Below, piece by piece: positions 1 to 12,898 of a stretch of 64,000 nt of DNA. This stretch comes from Phoronis australis (Eukaryota > Animalia > Phoronida): NCBI GenBank assembly GCA_002633005.1, contig NMRA01000335.1, positions 1 through 64,000 of the forward strand, written 5' to 3'. Both the position numbers and the translations under genes were made by a program. Each line of letters starts with the position of its first letter. The stretch's first letter is position 1. The notes beneath the pieces were generated by a model. It made no database searches. It worked only from the letters and a program-made list of their open reading frames with translations, and had not been told where the DNA came from.

Positions 1-1386
1 GCCTTTCCCACGAGTCACTGGGGCTAAAAGATACTCGTAGACTGGTGGGGCCAAAGGTAACTATAAAATCTGTGGTGGGACCGGCTCTACAGGTCAATGA
101 GCTATATTCTTAGACTAGCTAAAGGGCACATGGAAAGAACAAGGCTACTGGTGTCCTGAGTCTTTTTCTTTTGACTGGTTTCAAAGTTTCGGGAAACTAA
201 TCCGCTAGATGGCAGGCTAGACAGTGGTGGGAGAGGGGAATCCCCAAGAACTGAAGGATGGGCCAGATTTCCGGTGACTCATCATTGGCATGCTTGTTTG
301 ACGGTTTTCAAAAAGCCGATACTCTAGTTATAACCAAGAACTGAGAGTCTAAAAATTGATGCGCTGCAGGCAGAGCCAAACAACTTATTACGTGTTGCAA
401 ATAGATGAGATAAATTGTACCATCTCAGACGGCATCTCTCACATGGATCATTTGGCATATCGGAGTGCCTCGTGCCGAGTTGTCATGTCTGGGCGTGATT
501 CGGTCGGAGATTGACGATGATTTGAGCGGGTGCATGGCTTATCGATGACCTTGCAGCGATGGGACATACCCAGTGTCAGCGAAGGTTCTCCGTTTCTCGT
601 TGTATTTTCATTGTCATGATTCTCTGCACGCTTTTTCCTCGACTGTATCATCCTGTGTCTGGTTTGCACTTTGAAGAACATTAAACACCGAGATGTTAAT
701 TAGATTTGCCAGACATGTCACTTCGTCACTGACGACGTCAGTATTGCTAAAATAACTTATTACTTAGGCAACAGGTAGCCCCTCGGTTGGTTGGTCAGTT
801 AGCTGGTCGGCATTCAAGGTGATGCAATTGCTTACTTATTACTCTGAACTAAAGCAACAGAGTGAGAGGTAATGAGTGAAATTTCAGCTTTTGACTCCTA
901 CTTCTAGGTTGACTGGTTGTTTTGACACTGAGAGCAGGTGAACAGGGTGCAGCTAGCTGACAAAGGACACTACAAATTCTGAATTCCTTGTTCTCTGGTC
1001 TGGACTGAAAAATAATAATTATTAACAACATCCCCCATTTTAAGCTGACTATCCTCTTTACGCACATGGTGTATGGGAAAAGGCAACCGCCCTACGTAGC
1101 CATTCGGCTGGCTACACGGTGATGTAATTACGTAGTATTAAATGTTGTTTTGTGTCTGACCAGACAATGTCCATAGTGGATCTTCACTCCTGGAACAATT
1201 TCGTCTTTAAAGTTTCCTTGCGATATCTTGGTAGGTCCTCCTGTCTGCACTGCCTCTTGATATGAGGTCATGAGGTTTGGCTACTAAGCATCTGCTGATC
1301 AAAGTTAGTCTGTCATCAACTACTGGTACTTTTGTCCCTATCTTGCATCCACCTTTTCTCATTGAGCGGCCAAGAATTTAGCAGCA

Positions 1387-3120
1387 ATGTCAACCAGTAT
1401 TGCCAACAGGATAACGTGGCAGAAGGCTGTCCGCTATAGTGACTTGCACACTTTGAGGAAGATGTTAAGGAACAACTTTGACATCAATGCTAAGTTTGAA
1501 AAGGGGCGCACAAGTTTAATGACTGCAGTCATGCTTGGCAATGTTGCGGTTGTCAAACTGTTCCTGTGGTCATCTTCTACTGGGAAGCAAAGGTGTTTAC
1601 TCGACTCACAGGACGATGATCAGCGAACTGCTCTGATGTATGCGTGCGAGTCAAGCAATTTGGAAATCATGGCTCTTTTGTTGAAGAATGGGGCTAATGT
1701 GCATTTGACTGATAAAAGCAATGAGAATGCTTTAGTCGCAGCAGTTCGTAGGGGCAGTCTGTCCGCTGTGAAACTCGCCATCAAGGCGGGCTGTCGTTTA
1801 GACCTTGTATCTGCCAACAGTGGCATGTGCCCTCTTGCTGTGGCTATTACTTGCAGTGAAACTAAGATCTGCTTGGAGCTCATTAAATCTAAGTGTTACA
1901 TCAACCAGCAGGATTGCCATGGTCGTACTCCTTTGATGCTATGTGCCATGAACTCTAACTATCCGGTCTTTGATGCTTTAATTGCTGCTGGCTGTGATGT
2001 AAATACAATGTGTCCCCATAATGGCTACAATGCACTACACATTGCTATCAAGTGTGGTTTGACTAAATTTGCTTTGCGGCTCATTGGTGTCGCTACAAAG
2101 AAAACACATTGTACAGAAGTTAACAACATGACCTGCTATGATGTGGCAACTCTTGACGGGCAAGGTTTGACACCCTTAATGCTTGCTTGTGCTTTACCTG
2201 ACACTACAATATTTGAAGCTCTACTCAAGGCTGGAGCTGATGTTTGCAAGACAGCTATCGATGGAAAGTCTCTTCTTGATTTAGTAGTGCAAATGAGAAA
2301 TCTAAACAAGCTCAAGATTCTGTTTCGTTTGGCCATGCAACCGATTTTTGTTGACTCCAGCGCATTACTTTCATCCTACGCTTTATATCTGAACTGTGGG
2401 GATTACACGATGGTTCGGGAGTTGGTCATTAGAGGCCGGCGAGTGACTGGTTGTGAAGACGTATGTAATTTTGCTCCTTATGCTTGTAAAAACTCCAGGT
2501 CCTGTACAAATTTGCTGCACATGGCTGTAGAGAGAAATGACGTAGAATTTGTGACAGCCATTTTGAAGGCCACAGATAGTGTCAATTTGGAATCGGTATG
2601 TTTGTACAACCACCAATCTCCATTGATGATTGCATGCAGTAATGGTTTCTCTGCATTGGTCAAGCTCTTGGTTGATGCCGGAGTGAATGTGAACACCATT
2701 GTTCAACACGATGGTAGTAGTATGTCTCCAATTCACTACGCAGCTGCACACGGGGATGTACAATCTGTCCAAGCGCTCGTTGAAGCTGGAGCAAGTGTCA
2801 CGAAGGCGAGGTACGAATGCGTGAATGGCTGGACCTTGCTGCATTTTGCCGCCAGATATGGTCACACTGGCCTGACCAGTTTCATCGTCAATCAATTGGA
2901 TTGCAACCTTAATGCATGCGACCAAATCGGTGATACCCCATTAGACCTGTCTCTGAATTATCTGCATGGTGGCGTTACAAGCATTTTGGTGGATGCTGGA
3001 GCAAGACATGTCGGTATGAATAAAAGGCCAAAGAAAATAGGGAAACAGTCACTTACGTGGGTCCCGGATTTTGAGAAGCGGTTTGATGCCTTTTATTCAG
3101 TTGATAAAACTGGTTCTTAA
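1387..3120 (+). CDS. Ankyrin-repeat protein, 577 aa, coding region in one exon
   Basis: Uninterrupted ORF with about a dozen ANK motifs (GRTSLMTAV, QRTALMYAC, GRTPLMLCA, GLTPLMLAC, GWTLLHFAA, GDTPLDLSL; LL..GA.VN endings). In-frame stop upstream of the ATG. Confidence 0.9.
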   Translation: MSTSIANRITWQKAVRYSDLHTLRKMLRNNFDINAKFEKGRTSLMTAVMLGNVAVVKLFLWSSSTGKQRCLLDSQDDDQRTALMYACESSNLEIMALLLKNGANVHLTDKSNENALVAAVRRGSLSAVKLAIKAGCRLDLVSANSGMCPLAVAITCSETKICLELIKSKCYINQQDCHGRTPLMLCAMNSNYPVFDALIAAGCDVNTMCPHNGYNALHIAIKCGLTKFALRLIGVATKKTHCTEVNNMTCYDVATLDGQGLTPLMLACALPDTTIFEALLKAGADVCKTAIDGKSLLDLVVQMRNLNKLKILFRLAMQPIFVDSSALLSSYALYLNCGDYTMVRELVIRGRRVTGCEDVCNFAPYACKNSRSCTNLLHMAVERNDVEFVTAILKATDSVNLESVCLYNHQSPLMIACSNGFSALVKLLVDAGVNVNTIVQHDGSSMSPIHYAAAHGDVQSVQALVEAGASVTKARYECVNGWTLLHFAARYGHTGLTSFIVNQLDCNLNACDQIGDTPLDLSLNYLHGGVTSILVDAGARHVGMNKRPKKIGKQSLTWVPDFEKRFDAFYSVDKTGS

Positions 3121-6080
3121 AACGCGGGACCCCTGTTTGTGACTGATACCAAAAATAGCATAATTGGTTATTGTCTGTCTTTTTTTGAAAAGCTATGCAC
3201 CATATTTTTGTGTTTGGCAGTCCACATTTTCAAAAAGAAAGTCAATTGATGCCAGCTGAATTGGCCTGGAAATCTTTTAGATGAATGTGTCACCTGATAG
3301 CACCTCAAATGGGTTGGGACCTGATGCCACCTCAAATGGGTCGGGATTCTTTTCTTTGTTTATGGAGTGAATTGAACCGGGCACAGAACAGAACTAATTC
3401 AATGCTATTTTTGACCTAATCTGTTAAATGTAATTTACTTAATATGTTTGGAGTTTTTGGTATACTGCTTACTTGTAATTGTTTGGCCTTAAGTAGTGCA
3501 ATAATCACGAGTTTCGTCACGGAATTAGACCACTTGACAGAAAAAATTGGTCTCAACTTGTTCCTCAGAAAGTTTGTTTCTTTTCGAAACCATGCTTGAC
3601 AAAAATGAGCCTGGATGATTTGAACAAAAATGAATTGTTACTTCTTTCCAAGCCATAAGTAACACCTGTTTTGATGAAGTTGCAATTTGAGACCAATTCC
3701 ATATGATGGTAAAGAGTGGTCAATTTTCTGTGACGTAAGGAGGGTTTTAGACGCTTTACAGATAGTTTTACTCTTTTCTACATTTACCAATTTGGGACAT
3801 AGAATGAGTTTTGTCAGTTGAAGGATATCACCAGTCCTATAAAAATTGCATTTAACTTTCTGCATGAAATTCCTGTCATGAGGTCTAAAACTTCCCCTCA
3901 AGTGACAAAAAAATTTGGCTTCAGATTCAAAGCACTTGTAACTCACACAGGTTATCATTTTTAAACAGCTGCTAGGCACAAAAAGTTAATTTTGGCTACT
4001 TGAGGCAGAGCCCGAAGGCTTACAAAAAGGGTGAGAGTACATGCTATTGATGCTGACTGGTGGTAGAATTTTCCCCTCACCCAAGGAAATCACATCTCTG
4101 AAGGCACAGGCCCTTTTTCCCTCAGTTCAGCGAGGGCCCTGGCGTAAAGGTTCAGCTGAATTAACTTGAGTTGAGAATTAAAAATCCATTAATGAAGTTT
4201 TTATCTAAGATAAAGCAGAAACAGGAAATCTTTAAGTGTCAACCCTGGTTGATTGTTTTTAGTGTTTCACAAGCATGTGTGTGTATTGTTCTGTAGCCAG
4301 TAGAATTATTTCTGTTAAATTGCATGTCAGTATGACTCGATTGTGGTTTGAACTAGATTGTTGTTCTGAGGTTGCTTGTTGCTAATGTGTCCTATTGAAC
4401 ATCGAGTTTGCTTAGTCAGAGGTGAGAAGCATTTGAACATACTCCAGCTTCGGGGTGGGGTGTGGGTGGGAGTTGTATAATGTCCAAAGTGCTACACATT
4501 CTTAGGACTCGAGTACAAGAGTTAAATTATTGGAATATGGCAGGAGGATATAAGGGTTCAGTAACTACTCTACAGTTTTGCACATTGTACGGAATTTGCA
4601 CACCCAAAATAATTTTCCAATCAATATTTTACCGTCCTGTTAAAGAATTTCCACCATGACCCTGTGTCTCAAAAAGAATTTTATTAAAATATCTTAAGAG
4701 ATTTAATAGCTTTTGTGGCTCACATGTGTCTGCAGTATGAGTTCATATGACCTCCCAAAGCCCATAAAAGTTTGCTAAGTGGGAAATTGAATTCATTGTC
4801 TGATTCTTCAAGTACTTGAGTGTTATACCCGTATCCTCTCTCCTCCTGGGTGCATAATAATTGTCCAGTTCTCGCTCAGAATTGTTCTCGTCTTCTGATC
4901 TGCTGTGTTCGGCCATTGCAATTGATTGTCAAGTGACCAAACATCTTCCACCCATTACATCATTTGGCGGAAAACTTGGAAATTTATAACTATTTTTTTA
5001 AGATAAAAAATTTGTGACTGGCATAAAGGTGCTTATTTAAGTTAGATTTTATGGTATTCGTGTCATATTAGCTAACTGAAACCTCAAAAACTAAGAAAAT
5101 GCATAGCGGGAACTCTTTAATTTACACATGTATTGTCCGATGAAGGACATTTTTACTTTCTGCTCATTTCGCACATTGCAGGCGAATGCATGTTATTGTG
5201 GTAGTAGACTACGGTGCTGTTTATCTGTAGTTTCCATCATTGTTTTACCTTGTGGTAGATTGTTCAAATTAACTACAGGACACCCAGCTTTAAAAAGCAT
5301 CAAATTTTTATGAAAAGTAGCTGGCCAAAGTAGTCAAATCTGCTATCTTTTTATATTATTCCTGCCTGCCAGTCAGTTGGATTAGCATGTGTGCCATTTT
5401 CTATCAAGTTTCGCTGATGGCCGTTTTTTTGCTCTTGTTGAAAAGCAATTAAAGTGTCCATACAGCTATTTTTACTTTTTGGGGGCAGGCAAGAAATCGT
5501 GTGGGTCGATAATCCCGTATCAATCGCGCGACAGTGGTTTTCATTCGCATTTCATTTGGTGACTATTACGGTAACCGATTCTGTCAGTATTTTTAGAATA
5601 GTGGGGTTCGCATATTAAGTTGCCTTTGAAATTTGATGTTTTTGTCTTGGAAATGTGGGATAACTCAACTCTGCTCACATGAGGTGAAATTCCCAAGTCA
5701 TCTTATGTTGATTGGCCAAAATCTCAGCTGGCATTTCCAAATTTCAGGTTGGAAATGTGACTTGCAGCTTATTATCTTAAGTCCTCGCATGGACACATTC
5801 AAGAAGTCTCAGTCTTAAAATCTCAAATTTGGTTTTGGCAGCAAGCCAATTGGCCAATGACACTTAATTAAACGTGAATGTTTTGAAAATTTCTCAGGTG
5901 TTGAACAGAACATGAGGTTTGACACAGATGAATATTGTGTGTTATTAGACATTAGTTAGACTGAAATATCAAATGTTATAAGAACACGCCACTGCCAGTC
6001 CATTATACTGAGCTGGCAGTGCATTTGTTGTTGTCTTGCTTTCCACTAATAGGTAAATTTGACTTCATGATCCTTTTCAG

Positions 6081-6137
6081 GTCGCCTGAAGAACAGAGTT
6101 TGGCTGAAGATTGGACAGTACAGAAGGAAGAGCCGAG
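6081..6137 (+). other. Candidate orphan 57-bp internal exon (SPEEQSLAEDWTVQKEEP) of an unidentified gene
   Basis: ccttttcag acceptor, AG|gtata donor, open frame, symmetric phase 2, purine-rich. No partner exons identified. Confidence 0.3.
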
Positions 6138-6145
6138 GTATATAA

Positions 6146-6665
6146 TGTGGTGTGATGCACCCGCATTCTGTGGCGTGATGCATTTGCATTCTGTGGTGTG
6201 ATGCATGTGATGCACCTGCATTCTGTGGTGTGATGCACCGACATTCCGTGATGTGATGTACCTGCATTCTGTGGTGTGATGCACCGACATTCCGTGATGT
6301 GATGCACACGCATTCTGTGGTGTGATGCACACGCATTCTGTTGTGTAATCCAGCCGCATTCTGTTTGTGCTGCATTATGTGGTGTGGTGCACCCTCATTT
6401 GTGTTGTGATGCACCCACATTCTGTGGTGTGATGCACCCGCATTCTTTTGTATGATGCATCCACTTTCTATGGTGTGATGCATAGGCATTCTGTGATGTG
6501 ATGCACATGCATTCTGTGGTGTGATGCACACGCATTCTGTGGTGTGATGCACACATTATGTGGTGTGTCGATGCACCAGCATTCCGTGGTATGATGCACA
6601 CGCATTCTGTTGTGTGATGCACTCATTCTGTGGTGTGATGCACCTGCATTCTGCTGTGTGATGTG
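6146..6665. repeat. Minisatellite, 23-bp unit GCATTCTGTGGTGTGATGCACAC, about 22 degenerate copies
   Basis: Read directly. It explains the HHTTEC/CITPQN/ASHHRM pseudo-ORFs with a 23-aa (3-unit) period. Confidence 0.95.
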
Positions 6666-6844
6666 CACACCTTCCCCACACAAAATGTCATTGTTTAGTC
6701 ATTGTGCTATATCCAGTGAACCTTCACTGAATATTTCATCAAATGTTTTGACTGCCATACAAAAATTAGAAAAAGGTTTGTTCACTTCCATTTTTTCATG
6801 GTAGAAGTAAAGTTTCCGTACCAGAAAGATTTCCCCAGAGTTCG

Positions 6845-7058
6845 CAACCAAATTTACTGGAGAGTTGAATATTTTAGCATTGTGTACCAACCAATTTTAC
6901 TGGAGAGTTGAATATTTTACCATTGTGTACCAACCAATTTTACTGGAGAGTTGAATATTTTACCATTGTGTACCAACCAAATTTACTGGAGAGTTAAATA
7001 TTTTACCATTGTCTACCAACCAAATTTACTGGAGAGTTGAATATTTTACCATTGTGTA
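6845..7058. repeat. Tandem repeat, 43-bp unit x5 (CAACCAAATTTACTGGAGAGTTGAATATTTTACCATTGTGTAC)
   Basis: Units start at 6845, 6888, 6931, 6974 and 7017, head to tail with no spacers. Confidence 0.95.
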
Positions 7059-7719
7059 AATGTTTGAACCGCAATTTTAATTGTGCTGAAATGAAGGCAA
7101 TGTATAGTTTGCGGGGCTGCTCGAACTGTCGTAAACCTCAAACTGCAACAATTTCACAATATAACATAATTCAATAAATTGCCTCCCATGAATATGGCCA
7201 ACGACAGATAAAATAGGGAAGGTCATGGCGACCCGGCTAGTTAGAATCAAAGCGCTTTGAGCCTATACGTTGAACAAAATGGTATCGAAGGAAATAACTA
7301 ACGATGAAAACGTCAATGAGAATAACAGTAATGAAAGACAGGAAAATGATATACGGTAAAGAATAAATGGATATTGAAACTGAAGACTGACAAATAAGTT
7401 GCAAACGATTGCGGCATTGTCGTCTGCCATTGAAATATTTCGGTACCCAAAAGATTTGCTCAAAAGTCATTCAACTTATGTTAGTTTCGACGCCGCTGCA
7501 ATTCGCTTTCAGTTTTATTATTTTATAAGGAACTAGTTATTAAGAGCACAAATGGGATGGTCCCGAATTACATAACCAGACTTGAATATCGCGGTATTTA
7601 CACACAATGCTGCAACATCTACCTAGCCTCGTTTTCGGGCCATTGTTGTTTCCCATGCTATTTGCTGGTGACTTATTTTCTTCAACTTTTTGTCGACTGC
7701 ATTAACACTAATCGTTTTT

Positions 7720-7850
7720 CCAATACCAACAAAATACTACTGCTGTGCTGAGGGCTGCAATTCCGATGGCATTAATTTGGATTCACTTGACAAATATCCG
7801 AAGATGCGATATTTCTCGACAAGATTCCTAGAATTAGTTCGACATTTCCC
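7720..7850 (+). pseudogene. Possible N-terminal THAP/C2CH zinc-finger remnant of a DNA transposase (Kolobok-like)
   Basis: PTKYYCCAEGCNSD...DKYPKMRYF...FP resembles the start of a THAP domain. A Kolobok-like terminus GTCCCT-TTAA lies at about 10018-10027. Confidence 0.35.
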
Positions 7851-7934
7851 AAACCAGGTCAATGTAACAACGTGTTTTCGTACCCCTCGGAGAAAGGAGC
7901 TTTCTATCCGGGACTGTCCCATTGCAACGGAACA

Positions 7935-8930
7935 GTACAAGAGCAGCAGCGTTGAAATGCGCCCACGAATGCACCGCAAGCGGTGTGCTATTAGGGTTGT
8001 TTTGTATCACACAAATGGCCACTAGATGGTGCGAAAACGTACAATACATCCGAAAACGGGAACACGCCACTGCATCTTTACTAGAAACCTATTTACCAAA
8101 TTTCATAAAAATTTGTGAATGAACTTCAGAGAAACAAAGGAAAACGAAAAAGTGCCACTAGGGGACACAGTGTTCGTTGGATCCGCCTGAAAGTCGTTGT
8201 CGTCTGTTGTTAGCTTCATATAAATGCACTTACTAAATTTAATAAAGATCATGCAATGGGTTAGGAGATACAGATATGGGCACAAAATAAAACAAAACTA
8301 CCACTAGGAGGCGGCACAGCAGTCAAAGTCGTCATTGTCAACATCATATAAATATACCTGCTAAATTTAGTAAAGATCCTGCACATGGTTTAGGCGATAC
8401 AGCCTTGGGCACAAACAAAACTGCCACTAGGAGGCGTCACCGTAGTCGAAGTCGTCGGAAAATCATCGTCAGCCGTCCTCTTCATAATAAGAACAAAGGC
8501 CTACATGCCAATTTTCGATATCATCCTAAGAGCGGTTTGGTTAATAGAGGGGTAGACGCCAAAAACAGACTCGAAACAGTAAAATTACCCACTAGGTGGC
8601 GCAAACTACGTCAAATGCATCCGAAAATAGGAGGATATTGTCATTTCACCAATAGATGCCTATATGCCAGATTTTATGAAAATACGTTGAGGACATTTGA
8701 AGATATAGAGGTAAGCGTATAAAACTAAACTTGCCACAAGGGGGTACACCGGTAGTCAGATCCGTCCGAAAGTTCGCTCATGCCGTCCCATCCATGAATG
8801 GAACACATGTACAAAATTTCATGAACAAGCGTCAAAGGGTTTGAAGAGCAGCTGACGCCGGACGGACGCCGGACGGACGCCGGACGGACGCCGGACGGAC
8901 GCCGGACGGACGCCGGACGGACGCCGGTCG
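7935..8930 (-). mobile_element. Helentron-associated (HINE/DINE-1-like) non-autonomous element, inverted relative of 38246-39957
   Basis: 7937-8070 is the reverse complement of about 39820-39955. Internal subrepeats of about 125-165 bp each carry a CCACTAG(G/A)NGG core. 11-bp (GACGCCGGACG)n satellite at 8854-8927. Confidence 0.7.
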
Positions 8931-9737
8931 AAACAAAATTATGACAGTTTGTGCTTCGAAGACTTATTCAGTTGTGACCTTTTGTGGCCCTGCGACAACT
9001 GTAGTTCTTGCTAAGTCCCGAAGAATTGTGATGTAACGAAACATAAGTGTGTGCAAATTTAATAAAAGTTGAAAATCCGAGAAAATCTCGGTAAGAATCC
9101 AAGTGACAGTTTCGCAGTGATGCATGTTTTTTGATCAAATGCCCGTTTCTGTCCATCCCGGCAGTGACAGATCTACGTTTTCAGTAAGGGGGTTTAGGAT
9201 TTGCGCGAATCCGAGGCGCATAGCGCCGAGCGGGGGGAGGTCGGGAGGGGGTTGCCCCCATCCCGTGTAAGATTTGTTTAGTTTTTGTAGCTGATTTCGT
9301 TTTCCTGGCGACGTTTTCTATTTTTGATCCTGTTCCAGGGGTATAAACCCCCTGAACACCCCTCGTAGATCCGCCTCTGCTCGACTCCATTTCATAAAAA
9401 TGCAAGACCGTTTAGGACGTCATGAGAAAAGGTTTTACGGTCTTTTATACCCAAGACCCTTTCAGAGCATGTGTATGATATGGTCTGGAGACGGTTGGAA
9501 ACGGAAAACTTACGTAAAGACATGCGCCAAATGAGACACCCGTCCACTGAGTTCTTACTAGGATTGTTTTTCATCTTATATATATGTCCTGCTTGGTATG
9601 TCTTATACATTGGTCCAGCTTGGTATGCGAGTGATTTTCAATTTTCCTTGTTTGAGTTTAAACTTGCCAGAAACCCGCCTTGATTAAAATAATTTTTTAT
9701 TAAGGAAACAGTATCGGCTACACGTACGAAATCTTAT

Positions 9738-9806
9738 CCAGTGCAAATTCGAATCGGGGACATCAGCATTAATTTCGCAGCCAATCGCTCTGCTAACGAG
9801 CTAATC
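9738..9806 (-). mobile_element. Degenerate tRNA-derived SINE head (tentative)
   Basis: Minus strand reads GATTAGCTCGTTAGCAGAGCG...GATTCGAAT, resembling Pol III A and B boxes. No proper cloverleaf. Confidence 0.3.
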
Positions 9807-10726
9807 TCAATCAAATAATGCATTTAAATGGCAAAGTCACCGGTCGAATTTTCAGATAATGTCAGTCAGATATCGGTGAAAGTTGACGAGTTATAACAGC
9901 ATCACAAAACACAATGGATTGTAATGTTTTAGTATAAATTAAGTTCAAAGCTTAGATCTTAACATATCATCCAACACTAGTACCAGAAATCCGTTTTTCG
10001 GCGGTAAAAACGATAACGTCCCTTTAATACAAGATGAAACTTGTGCAACTTGGATATTCAACAAGTTTGGCACAATCTAAAAAAACACATCGATAGAGAG
10101 CCATCGCCGACCCCGTGTGGCAGTCATCTTGAATTTCGACAGGTCTGTTTGCAAAACCAATTGTCATTCCAGTTTCCGGGAAGTCTAGATACACCGTTTT
10201 TAATTAAACTCCTCGGTTTCATAGCCTTTGATTTGAATAGTGTACTTTCTGTAAAACTGTGTCCGCCACATTGATATACATTGAATTTCTAAAAGACTGC
10301 CACCAGAATCAGAAGTTTGGCTTCTAAAAGCCACAAGCTACGATTATGGTTCAAATGTCGAAATATATTTATGCTACTGATAATAGCCTTCCTTTGTTCC
10401 CAAGGACTGAATTTCTTAAATAATATTATCGGTATTAATAACAGTCTCATGAAGTATTTGTAAGCCCATGACTATAATTTACACAAAAATAATACCCAGG
10501 TGCTTGCAATCACGTGACTGCATTTTTATAAAATCTTGATTTTTCACAGACTTCCACATAATGGCATGAAATTTGAAAATCCCGTTTCTCTAATCTTTTA
10601 GCTACAACAGCCTGTCTGGATTTGTTAATGTTGAAGCCTGAGAGCTCCGTTGGCAGAAATGAAGACGTCAACGTCTTGATTTTTATAGACAGCAGAGCTC
10701 TCGTGTTAAAAGGGGAGAGTTTATAT

Positions 10727-12898
10727 CAAGGAGTGTAGAAGTATAGGAGAGTTCACTGCGCTATCTTTCCAGTCGCCGCAATAGTTATCGAGCAAAAAAA
10801 CTAGCCCCCCAAGCGGCGAATAAGCAACACTAATTTAGCGGCGCAGTACGAACCATGTAAACACTGATAAATTCATACTTTAATGACGTTCGAGGTGCAA
10901 AAAATTACTGCGAGATTGAAAATGATTAGAATACGTAAATTAACATCCACTTATAATCGAATGAGAATGAAAATGTGTGTTTCAATCAATATTAAAGTGT
11001 ATTTGTGTTTATTCTCTTGAAGCCCTCTACAAAAGCGGTCATGGTTTTGTTTCATGTTTCAGTTCTTAACATGGAAAATTATCGTTCCTTATAACAGTTC
11101 AGACCTCCATGGACTACATAATTTGAATGATTGCTCCTGGGGGTTCAGACGGGATTGCCCCCAGGTGCCAGCAAAGGGGGTACCAGGCAAAAAGCAGGTG
11201 GGCGCCAAATGGGTGTTGACTCCCTCCAGAGGGGTTACATGGGAGGAGTGCTACACAGGTAAAAACCAGTGGGGTATGCCACATGAGTGTTGATCCCCTT
11301 CTATCGTCACAAATTTTGGTTGCTCCCCTATTGACAACATGTTGTTCACAGCTCACTGCTGACTTCATCTCCACCCAGGAATTTCGCATGTGTTCCCTAT
11401 TCAATGCACCAGGATACTAGCAATGCCAACAAGTGTTTGGTGCAATGGGTGTTACACAAGTTAGAAGAAAGCAAGGCAATTCATCACTACCACAAAATTG
11501 TAGTCCATTCTGATGTACTCTCACATTTAGTTTTAGAAAATACTATTATTTCTTAGACATACCAGTACAGGGTAAACTCCCCACTCTTCCACTGTAATCA
11601 CCAATAGTTATACAGGTCAACTGCTAATGTGTAGAATAGGTCACAACTGTATTAATTCACTAGTAAGCAATGTTCAGCTCTTTTCGCCAAATACATGCGT
11701 TATAAATAAAGCTGAAAACTAATTTACCCACAGAGGTGTTTATCATCTAGAAGCAAAATGATACGGATAGCTTGAGTTTATCAAAATTTCAGCCCAGCAT
11801 TCAGTTTCACTTTGGCTTTCTCCGAATCACAGGCTAACCAATCATAAAATGTTTCAAACTGATCAACCTTAGAAAAATATGAAAACCATATTTAAACTAA
11901 TTGTCCTTTCTACATGTGATGTCCCAGTACTTGCTTTGTGAGACGATAATCAGACATGCACAAAAGCCTATTCCAGAGTCGTAATATACAGTACATGTAC
12001 ATAATATCCGGAGAACTTTTTGATATCTTCATTTTGGTGGATTCGGGACGTCAAATATTGCTTGCACTGCATTCCATACTAGCTTGTTCTTCATAGCTTC
12101 ATGAACATGGACTCCTCGAAGTGACGAGAGCATAACTTGCAGTTCTTGGACAAGTAGGTTGCATCCGTCTATTCATAAGGTCAGCTCCCAGCGCTTGCAC
12201 CTGAACAGAAATCAATGAGGTACTCAGGAACAAATCTCATACTCAACAGGTTCATAGAAGACTGGTAGCCTACACTACACTACACTACAGAAATCCTGTC
12301 GTACTGTGCTTGTGATTGAGACAAAACCGTCTTGGCGTCAACTAAAAAACTAGGACTCAAATGTCGATCCACGGATATTTTAAGGGCCACGCCCCAGCAT
12401 CATTGGCGCATAGAATTAAGTTTTCATTGACGCAATGGTGTTGTTTAACTTGAGCCAACGGACACATTAAAATTATGTCGATTTTTCATCTTTTCACCGT
12501 GACCCACAGATTCTCTAACTTGACTCATGGCAGACTTGGTGCCCTGTGGCTGTGATTGAGGCTGCGTCACCAGTCATATTCAACCATGGCCATGGGTATG
12601 TTTACCTAAAATTATCCCTGCGATCGTTCGGGTGACATTTTGATTTGAAATACATGGACTGCAAGTGTCCAAAAAGATGACGATCACATCGTTTATCATA
12701 GTCCATCCGCCGGCAGCCCGGCTGTGCAGTAAGACTATCCTAAACTGTAGACAAGTGTCACCGGGACTGCGATCGACTTGTCTCACCGTGAACACCAACT
12801 CACAAAATGAAAGACAGTGTATCATATTATTGAATAACAGATAATCCTTACCTTTCTGGATCCTTAGGAGTCCTAAAATGATACGTCTGGGGTTTTCG
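10727..12898 (-). mobile_element. P-superfamily non-autonomous element, copy truncated at the assembly N
   Basis: Same TIR (CAAGGAGTGTAGAAGTATAGGAGAGTTCACT) and internal sequence as 15211-17410. Left flank TTTATAT. Confidence 0.75.

Larger units (their letters stand above)
7059..12898 (+). repeat. Duplicated block, copy 1 (7059-7513 plus 10006-12898 match 14047-17410; 7514-10005 is absent from copy 2)
   Basis: Near-identical sequence and duplicated ORFs (7237/14223, 11054/15541, 12580/17092). Copy 1 ends exactly at the N at 12899. Confidence 0.93.

Noticed and set aside
1620-2925. Minus-strand ORFs overlapping the ankyrin gene
   Set aside because: Antisense shadows with no recognisable motifs.
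6146-7058. CRISPR-like arrays or a His/Cys-rich metal-binding protein
   Set aside because: Head-to-tail 23-bp and 43-bp tandem repeats with no unique spacers and no cas genes. The ORFs are translations of the repeat.
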